DNA of 64,000 nucleotides, from contig CAVSWB010000001.1 of NCBI GenBank assembly GCA_963731635.1, forward strand, positions 713,679 to 777,678, read 5' to 3'. The DNA comes from an uncultured Chloroflexia bacterium. Its GTDB lineage: Bacteria; Chloroflexota; Limnocylindria; Limnocylindrales; CSP1-4. The notes beneath the pieces were generated by a model. That model did no database searches. It was not told the origin of the DNA and was given only the letters and a program-made list of their open reading frames with translations. The position numbers and the translations under genes were made by a program. Below are positions 10,182-16,944 of this stretch, piece after piece (position 1 is the stretch's first letter; each line of letters opens with the position of its first letter).

Positions 10182-10220
10182 CGGCAACCTGGTGGAAAAC
10201 TCGGTTGCCGCGTTCTTTCT
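10182..10220 (+). terminator. candidate intrinsic terminator after the YbaK-like gene
   Basis: cggcaacc (10182-10189) pairs with ggttgccg (10203-10210) and is followed by cgttctttct. The 13-nt loop is large, so this is weak. Confidence 0.35.
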
Positions 10221-10240
10221 GGTCCGATAGGGTGGGAAAT

Positions 10241-10322
10241 ACACCCGAAGGTGCCGAGCGCTGCTAGCGGTTGAGATCGCCTCAAGACCCACGCAGCGAG
10301 GTAGGTTCCTTCGGGTGTTTTT
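10241..10322 (+). ncRNA. long nested hairpin with a 3' U-tract (candidate small RNA or complex terminator)
   Basis: acacccgaagg (10241-10251) pairs with ccttcgggtgt (10308-10318), followed by ttttt. Inner helices cgctgc/gcagcg and ttgag/ctcaa. It sits in a 250-bp spacer between convergent genes. No Rfam family recognised. Confidence 0.25.
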
Positions 10323-10377
10323 CGCTCGGCTGCGGCCGGCGCATGGCGTTTGCATGGCGTTGTTGTAGGTCGCGCTC

Positions 10378-11286
10378 TCAGCTGCGGTGGATGCGAACCC
10401 GGCGGTCTGGCGAAAGGCCGTAGGCGCCTGCGGCGGTGCCCAGATTGACCGCCACGGCGAGGCGCCCATACGAGTCCAGGCAGACCAGCGGCTCGCCGGC
10501 CGCCGCGTCGCCGTACGCCAGTCGCCAGCAGAGTCGGAGCGAATCGGATTCGCCCAGCAATCCGCCGTCGGTGGCTTCGATCGTCAGTTGGTCGCCGGGC
10601 GACACGGGTCCGATCGCGGCCTCCAGGTCGCATCGTTCGGCCAGCAGCTGCGCATTGCCGAACGCGTCCACCAGCACTACGCTCGCTTCGAGACATCCGG
10701 GCTCCAGTACCGGTGCCGGCAGATTCAGGCGAACCAGCGAAGCCGGGTCCAGCGCCGGTCCGAATTCGGCTATCGGTACGCCCCTGGCGATATGGGCGGC
10801 CGCCGGAGCAAAGATGTCGCGGGCGTGGAAGGTCCGGCTGACCGGCGCGAGACGGTAGGCGTCGCGTTCCAGTATGTGCGCGGCCACGATCCCGCCCAGC
10901 CTCTCGGCGGCCGGAATTAGCAGCCCGTTGTCCGGTCCGACGAGGTGGTCGCCGCGACCCGTCCGCAGGGCAATCGGATGTCGTTCGGTGCCGACTCCCG
11001 GATCCACGACGGCCAGGTGAATCCCGGCGGGGAGGTAGGGCAGCGCCGCCCACAGGAGCGCAGCCCCCTCGGCCACTGCATGGCGCGTTACGCCGTGGCT
11101 GACGTCGAGCAAGCGGGCATCTGGGACGATGCGCCAGATAACCCCTTTGCACGCCGAGACGGAAGGGTCGGTCAAGCCGAAATCGGTCAGGAGGGAGATG
11201 AGCGGGCCGGTCACGGCGCTGAATACTAGCGGCTCGGCGGGGGCGATCGCTGCGAGGGGCCGCCGGCCGAAACGTCGAAGCGGCAC
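10378..11286 (-). CDS. S-adenosyl-L-methionine hydrolase (adenosine-forming), DUF62 / chlorinase-fluorinase family
   Basis: ISLLTDFGLTDPSVSACKGVI..., HLAVVDPGVG and GPDNGLL...FHARDIFAPAAA are family hallmarks. The true start may be internal to the 302-aa ORF. Confidence 0.8.
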   Translation of the reverse strand: MPLRRFGRRPLAAIAPAEPLVFSAVTGPLISLLTDFGLTDPSVSACKGVIWRIVPDARLLDVSHGVTRHAVAEGAALLWAALPYLPAGIHLAVVDPGVGTERHPIALRTGRGDHLVGPDNGLLIPAAERLGGIVAAHILERDAYRLAPVSRTFHARDIFAPAAAHIARGVPIAEFGPALDPASLVRLNLPAPVLEPGCLEASVVLVDAFGNAQLLAERCDLEAAIGPVSPGDQLTIEATDGGLLGESDSLRLCWRLAYGDAAAGEPLVCLDSYGRLAVAVNLGTAAGAYGLSPDRRVRIHRS

Positions 11287-11374
11287 CCTGGAGGTCGGGC
11301 GCCGCTTCGACTGATTGCTTCACCCCGGAAGAAGGGAGTCGCGGGACGCGCGGGGATCGTTTGGGAGGTCCGGA

Positions 11375-11752
11375 CTAGGCCGGCCGGCGCTCGGCCTCGG
11401 CCCATTCACCGGCGGAATACAACTCTCGCAGGAAGAGAATCTTGTTGACTTGTTTGAGAGTCCAGGTTTGCTCGCAAGGCTTGAGACCGACCACGTAGCC
11501 GATCACTCCGGCCGCTTGGGCGCTGGTCAGGCCGGTAGACGTGAGCATGCGAGAGGAAGCCTGAGTTCGGACCGTTCGCGGCGTGATGTCGGGCGCGAGG
11601 GGCGCTTCGACCGAGACGCAGGTCTGCTCCGCGGGCGGCTCGGCGAGCCCGGCCTGCTCCGGTTTGCGGGCCGTTCGCGAACGGCCGGCGCCAGATCGTC
11701 CGTCCGTGCCTCCCGTTCGGCCTGTATCGCGTCGACCTGCTTGACCAGCCAT
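11375..11752 (-). CDS. hypothetical protein, possibly the 3' part of a frame-split gene (see ORF 11527..11940)
   Basis: Only the last ~60 aa (MLTSTGLTSAQAAGVIGYVVGLKPCEQTWTLKQVNKILFLRELYSAGEW) look protein-like. The overlapping frame 11527..11940 contains GYLEGLSRWLVKQVDAIQAEREA. Confidence 0.3.
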   Translation of the reverse strand: MAGQAGRRDTGRTGGTDGRSGAGRSRTARKPEQAGLAEPPAEQTCVSVEAPLAPDITPRTVRTQASSRMLTSTGLTSAQAAGVIGYVVGLKPCEQTWTLKQVNKILFLRELYSAGEWAEAERRPA

Positions 11753-12002
11753 CTCGAAAGACCTTCCAGATACCCTTTTCGCCTGAGCGGTTTCGGCAGC
11801 CCGGCGTCATCCGCTCGTATCGGAACCATCGGACGAAGGGGCCCCAGACACGAGGCCCCCGACGTCAGGGAGTCCCGGGTACTTGCGACCCAACCTGATC
11901 TGTTCGGATGAGTTGGGTTCTGTGCGGTTGGCCGCCTCACACGGCGAGCGAGCGACCGACAGGACGGTGCTCATGACTTCATCGGCCCGCTAGACTGCCT
12001 GC

Positions 12003-13190
12003 GTGCGTGTCCGCGTGTTCGAGTTGCGGTTACTCGCCGCCGTCCTCTCGGTCCTGTGGGCCGCCGGCGGCAGCGTCGCGCTGATCGCTTATCGGCCCGG
12101 GGGTCCGGTCGACATGCTGGTCGGTCTGGCGGCCTTGCTGCCGCTGCCGGTCAGCGTTGCCTCCACCGTTTGGCCGCCTCTGGTGCGCGGCGACCGTGCC
12201 TCGGCCGGTGTCTTCTGGCTCGGGCTCGGTGCCGGGCTGCTGCTCATCCCTTCGATCGGCGGGATCGCTTCGCAGGTGGTCACGGGCGGCGCCGAGCCGC
12301 TGCTCCCTTCTGCCGAAGTGGTCTACCCCTGGGTGCTCGCCCTGCTGGCCACGAGCCTGTTCACCGGCATCGGCCTGACGCGCTCGCGTTACCCGAATCC
12401 GGGCGCCGGACGGCGCCGCCTGGCGGCTTCGATCGTTTTCGCCCTGGCGACGACCCTCGCCATCGGCGCCGCGTTCACGGGCGTCAGCCTGGCCGACAAC
12501 GCCGCCCTCGACAGCCGGCCTGCGACTTTCTCCCGTTTCGGCCCAACCTCGCCGGACCTCACGCCGCCGAGCTGCAACAAACCGCTGACGGAGGCGGCTA
12601 CGGCGACGGTCACCCTGTCGGTCTGGGGCGATGTGGATGGTCAGGGAGTCGGCAGAGTGGACCTGACCGGACAGCGCTCTGGCAGCGACGTTTCCTGGAC
12701 CGCCCAGGCGGGCAAGACCGACGGCCCGGACAGCCAGTACGGCATCATCCGAATCGGCGGCTCGGCCTGGTCCGAGGCGACGCCGTCGGGTTGGACCGGG
12801 ATCTCGCCGAGCGAGACCCAGAACGATCTCCTCGATAGAACCGTGCTCGACGTCGCGCTCACGGCCGGCAACAGGGCCACGGCCGAAGATCGCGGTTTCG
12901 ACTATGTCGAAGGGGCGCGGGCTCGCCATTGCGCCATCGCCATCGACGGTCCGACTTTCGCGGCCGCTTTCCCGCAAATGGCCTGGTTGACCGGCGACGC
13001 CAACGTCGACACCTGGCGCGGCCAGCTCGAATACTGGGTCTTCGGCGACGGCGAAGTCGGCAAGGTGCTCGGCAGCGTGAATGGCAGCTCGCAGGACATC
13101 CTGCCCCATGGCCTGCTTGCCACGATGGAAGTCAGCATGACCGCAACCGACCGAGGCGCCGCGGTGTCGATAGCGCCGCCGCGAAGCTAG
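12003..13190 (+). CDS. hypothetical membrane protein (N-terminal multi-TM region plus extracytoplasmic domain)
   Basis: 395 aa with a GTG start. About five hydrophobic helices in the first 170 aa, then a soluble Cys-containing domain. Its stop is 3 nt before the WYL regulator start. Confidence 0.6.
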   Translation: MRVRVFELRLLAAVLSVLWAAGGSVALIAYRPGGPVDMLVGLAALLPLPVSVASTVWPPLVRGDRASAGVFWLGLGAGLLLIPSIGGIASQVVTGGAEPLLPSAEVVYPWVLALLATSLFTGIGLTRSRYPNPGAGRRRLAASIVFALATTLAIGAAFTGVSLADNAALDSRPATFSRFGPTSPDLTPPSCNKPLTEAATATVTLSVWGDVDGQGVGRVDLTGQRSGSDVSWTAQAGKTDGPDSQYGIIRIGGSAWSEATPSGWTGISPSETQNDLLDRTVLDVALTAGNRATAEDRGFDYVEGARARHCAIAIDGPTFAAAFPQMAWLTGDANVDTWRGQLEYWVFGDGEVGKVLGSVNGSSQDILPHGLLATMEVSMTATDRGAAVSIAPPRS

Positions 13191-13192
13191 AG

Positions 13193-14167
13193 ATGACAGC
13201 CGACGGCAAGCGCGATCGACTGGCGCGTTTCTACCGGGTCCTGCGGTACCTGGCTGCTCACGAGGAAGGAGCCACCGTCGATGCTGTGGCGGCTTTCGTC
13301 GGGATGTCGCGGCGAACCGTCTACCGCGACCTCCAGGCCCTCGAAGGCGAGATCGGGATCCCGCTCTGGAGCGAGGGCGGGCGCTGGGGCATCGTCGAGG
13401 GCGCGTTTCTGCCGCCGCTCCGCCTGACGCTGGACGAGGCGCTGGCCTTCTTCCTCGCGGCCAGGCTGATGGCCCAGTTCGCCGACAGGCACGAGCCCGA
13501 TATCGGCGCCGCGTTCCAGAAGCTCGCGGAAATCCTGCCGCCCGTGGTGGCGCGGCACCTGGAGCGGACGATCGACGTGATGGCCAGCCGCCCGCCGGAC
13601 GAGCGCCTGACGCGCCATCTGCGGACGCTGGCGCGAGCCTGGGCCGAGCAGCGCGTCGTGGAGCTGACGTACGACGCGGCCACGTATAATCCCGGCCGGC
13701 CGCCGCGCCGGTCGCGCGTCCACCCGTATCTGCTCGAGGCGTCCGCCACCACCCGAGCGCTGTACCTGATCGGCTACGACGAGTCGCGCGAGGCGGTTCG
13801 GACGTTCAAGCTGCAGCGCATCCTCGAGATTGCGGTCACCCCCGACACCTTCGAGCCGCCCGATCCGAGCCTCGTCCAGGAGAGCCTGGGCCGATCCTGG
13901 GGTGTGATCACCGACCAGGAAGAGGTCGAGGTGGTGCTGCGTTTCGATGCCGAAATCGCGGCGCGGGTAACCGAGACCACGTGGCATCCGAGTGAGCAGG
14001 CCACGCTCGAGCCCGCCGGCACGATCCTGTGGCGGGCCCGGGTCCCGGGCACGATCGAGATCCGGCGCTGGATCCTGTCTTGGGGTTCGCAGGTCGAGGT
14101 CGTGGCTCCGGACGAGTTGCGGGACGAGCTTGCGGCCACGTATCGGGCGGCGGCAGCGCGCTACTGA
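13193..14167 (+). CDS. HTH-WYL domain transcriptional regulator (PafBC/BrxR/CapW-like architecture)
   Basis: ORF 12929..14167 trimmed to the ATG at 13193. N-terminal wHTH (RFYRVLRYLAAHEEGATVDAVAAFVGMSRRTVYRDLQAL). Central WYL-type segment (VHPYLLEASATTRALYLIGYDESREAVRTFKLQRI). C-terminal extension. Confidence 0.85.
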   Translation: MTADGKRDRLARFYRVLRYLAAHEEGATVDAVAAFVGMSRRTVYRDLQALEGEIGIPLWSEGGRWGIVEGAFLPPLRLTLDEALAFFLAARLMAQFADRHEPDIGAAFQKLAEILPPVVARHLERTIDVMASRPPDERLTRHLRTLARAWAEQRVVELTYDAATYNPGRPPRRSRVHPYLLEASATTRALYLIGYDESREAVRTFKLQRILEIAVTPDTFEPPDPSLVQESLGRSWGVITDQEEVEVVLRFDAEIAARVTETTWHPSEQATLEPAGTILWRARVPGTIEIRRWILSWGSQVEVVAPDELRDELAATYRAAAARY

Positions 14168-14223
14168 TCCGGGAGCCGCTCCGCCATCTCGACGATTCCA
14201 CTGTGGCTCGTCTCGGCTAGGCT

Positions 14224-15675
14224 TTGAGCATGCAGGACGAGACGCCGGAATCCGCTCAAGCCCACCCCCAGCTGTGGGCCGTCAATCTCTTGAGCGACCC
14301 GATCCACGGCTACATCGAGCTGACCAAGCGGCTGACGCCGGATCGAGCGCGCCGTCTGGGCCTTGAGGCGGAGTCGGCGGCCGAAGGCGACCTGCTCGAT
14401 TCCGCCTGGATGCAGCGCATGCGACGCATCAGCCAGCTGCAGAGCGCCCGCTGGGTTTTCCCCACGGCCGAGCACAGCCGCTTCACTCACGGCCTGGGCG
14501 TGATGCACGAGGCCGGCCTGTGGGCCCGGCACCTCTACCCGAGCCTGGTCACCGCTCTGGCTGAGGCAGAGCCGGGCACGACGCCGCCTTCCGAGGGCCT
14601 GGTGGTCGAAACCATGCGGCTTGCCGGCCTCCTCCACGACGTCGGCCACGGGCCGTTCGCCCACTTCTTCGACGAACACGTGCTGTGCCACTTCTCGGCG
14701 CCCTCCGACCCGCGCCGACAAGGCAACAAGACCCTCAGCCACGAGGACCTCTCGCAACTGATCATCGAGCGCGAGTTGGGCGACCTGATCCGCGGGATCC
14801 GCCGAGCGCCCGGCCTCGCTCCCGAACGCGACGCGCTGCGTCCCGGCGAGACGATCGATCCCCATTGGGTGTCGTTCCTCATCTCAAAGCCGGCGATCGC
14901 CGACCCCTCGATGCCGCGCTGGCTGCGCTGGCTGCAGCCGCTTCTATCCGGCGTTTTCACCGTCGACAATCTCGACTACGTTCGGCGCGACGCCTATCTC
15001 ATCGGCGTTTCCACCGGACCGATCGACGTCGAACGGCTGCGGCGCTACAGCTTCGTGGGTCCGCGCGGGCTCTCTCTGTACGAGCCGGGCCTAGGCGCGC
15101 TCGAGATGTTCCTGACCGCTCGCCTGTTCATGTACCAGCAGATCTACTACCACCGAACCGTCCGCGCGATCGACCTCGATCTGGCGCAGGTCTTCCGTCC
15201 GAGCATCCAGGCGATCTTCGGCGACGCCTCGCCTGCCGAGGCGCTCGGCCTGTACGCGGACCTCGACGAGTACGCGCTCCTGCACCAGGCGGCCCTGTGG
15301 GCGCGGGGTGAGGCGATCTCGCCAGAGCCGGTTCCCGGCGACGGCACGGTGACTGCCGAGGTCGGGCGGGCATGGGGCGCGATCTTGCTGCGCCGGCCTC
15401 GCTGGCGAGCCGAAGCCGAGTCGCGCATCAGCTACGAGGCGATCGACCAAACCTCGGCCCGGGCCGCGGCGGCCGTCGAGCTGGGTCCGCCTGTTCAGGG
15501 GAGCGTGGCGATCGACCTGGCGGAGATCGACGCGCGCCCGGCCGAGGCGACCGCGACCGATTCGCTGCTGGCGATAGTCGGGCGCGACGGGGAGCCGGCG
15601 GCGCCGCTTAGCCGCTCGCTGGCCCGCCTGCCGGCATACTCACTCGTGGCCAGGCGGTTCCGCCGCATCGATTGA
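14224..15675 (+). CDS. HD-domain phosphohydrolase, SAMHD1/EF1143-like (putative dNTP triphosphohydrolase)
   Basis: 483 aa. FQRMRRISQLQSA...EHSRFTHGLGV and LLHDVGHGPFAHFFD are the H...HD...D metal motifs of COG1078-type HD proteins. The start is TTG 14224 or ATG 14230. Confidence 0.8.
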   Translation: MSMQDETPESAQAHPQLWAVNLLSDPIHGYIELTKRLTPDRARRLGLEAESAAEGDLLDSAWMQRMRRISQLQSARWVFPTAEHSRFTHGLGVMHEAGLWARHLYPSLVTALAEAEPGTTPPSEGLVVETMRLAGLLHDVGHGPFAHFFDEHVLCHFSAPSDPRRQGNKTLSHEDLSQLIIERELGDLIRGIRRAPGLAPERDALRPGETIDPHWVSFLISKPAIADPSMPRWLRWLQPLLSGVFTVDNLDYVRRDAYLIGVSTGPIDVERLRRYSFVGPRGLSLYEPGLGALEMFLTARLFMYQQIYYHRTVRAIDLDLAQVFRPSIQAIFGDASPAEALGLYADLDEYALLHQAALWARGEAISPEPVPGDGTVTAEVGRAWGAILLRRPRWRAEAESRISYEAIDQTSARAAAAVELGPPVQGSVAIDLAEIDARPAEATATDSLLAIVGRDGEPAAPLSRSLARLPAYSLVARRFRRID

Positions 15676-15681
15676 GAGCCG

Positions 15682-16773
15682 CTAGGCGCCTGCGGACGGG
15701 TCCGCCGTCGGGGATGCCGTGGGCGTAGCCGTCGCCGCTGAAGTCGTCGCCGAGGTCGTGGGTCGAGCGGTCGCGGTCGGTCTGGCGGTCGGCTTCGCGG
15801 TCGGTCTTGCGGTCGGCTTCGCAGGACTCGGGCTCGGGCTTGGCGTGACGCTCGGGCTCGGTTTCGGGCTCGGCGAGGGAGACTGCGTGCAAAGCGCCGC
15901 CTCCGACGGCCGCAGCGACCGCATCTCCTCGACTTCGTTGCGATACGGCAGCACCAGCAGAGGGTCGATCCGGGCGGTCTCGGTGGTGGGCAGCAGCATT
16001 CGCGCGGCAACGCCGGTATCGACTCCGAAAGTCGCCTTCTCCAGCGGGCTGAACAGCCCGTAGTGGAGGTGGCAGCCGGTGGCGTTGCCCGTCATGCCCT
16101 CGTAGCCGAGGATCTGTCCGGCCTTGACGACGTCCCCGACCTTGACCGTCAACACGGACATGTGCGCGTAAAGGCTGCGATAGGTATCGCCGTCGTCGAT
16201 CACGACCATGATCGGCAGGTAGTTCCAGAGCCGTTTCGCGTCGAGACGGGCGTAGTACGGCGTCAGGTCGCCCTGCCAGCCCATGAAGTCGTCGAAGTGG
16301 CGGCCGGCGGCCAGCACGACGCCGGCGTGAGCGGCCACGATCTTGTCGCCGCAGAACGTGGCCATGTCGACACCGTCGTGGAAACGCTTGCCGTCGACCA
16401 TGAAGTCGCCCCAATCGGTCGTTTCGAACGGCAGCGTGATCCGGGCGTTGGCCAGCGGCCACTGATAACCCGTCAGCTCCGATATCGGCAGCGGCGTCAG
16501 CCCGTCCCAGGTCGGCGACGGCGTGGCGGTTGCCGCAGCAAGCGCAAGGCCCGGGGCCGATCCAGTGGTGCCGGCCGATCCGACGGCCAGAGGCTTGGTG
16601 GGACGCGCTCCCGCTCTCGACGGCGACGCCCATGGTTGAGCCAGGACGACGAGCGCGGCCGCGGCGACCAGCACCGCAGAAAGTGCGAACTGGCTCCGGG
16701 GTCGCCATGCCCTGTGGAGGCGCGTCGCGGCTGACGCCGCGGAATGGATGAGCCGGTGACGGACGCTACCCAC
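15682..16773 (-). CDS. M23 (LytM) family metallopeptidase with a P/T/S/A-rich C-terminal tail
   Basis: HDGVDMA...YAHMS...GYEGMTGNATGCHLHYG are the M23 zinc motifs. Signal/TM at the N-terminus. Tail PSPSPKPSPSVTPSPSPSPAKPTARPTAKPTARPTATARPT. Confidence 0.85.
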   Translation of the reverse strand: MGSVRHRLIHSAASAATRLHRAWRPRSQFALSAVLVAAAALVVLAQPWASPSRAGARPTKPLAVGSAGTTGSAPGLALAAATATPSPTWDGLTPLPISELTGYQWPLANARITLPFETTDWGDFMVDGKRFHDGVDMATFCGDKIVAAHAGVVLAAGRHFDDFMGWQGDLTPYYARLDAKRLWNYLPIMVVIDDGDTYRSLYAHMSVLTVKVGDVVKAGQILGYEGMTGNATGCHLHYGLFSPLEKATFGVDTGVAARMLLPTTETARIDPLLVLPYRNEVEEMRSLRPSEAALCTQSPSPSPKPSPSVTPSPSPSPAKPTARPTAKPTARPTATARPTTSATTSAATATPTASPTADPSAGA

Positions 16774-16944
16774 CGTCGCGTTCTATCACTTTGCGAGGCT
16801 CGGCGTGAGGCCAAATGGCGGCCGATTTGCGCATCTCGTGCGGCTGGGCCCACACTTGGCGGCGCGAGGTCTCCTAACCACCGTCAGCGCGGGCCTCGGA
16901 AAGCTGTCCGCAGGGACCTGCCCCATCCCCGATCGGAGGGAAAG

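Noticed and set aside
15740-15850. DNA-level short tandem repeats (also near 1095-1170 and 59930-60050).
   Set aside because: They lie inside ORFs and simply encode the P/T/A/S-rich linkers (AKPTARPT..., ATAAA..., PSPSPS...). They are not independent repeat elements.
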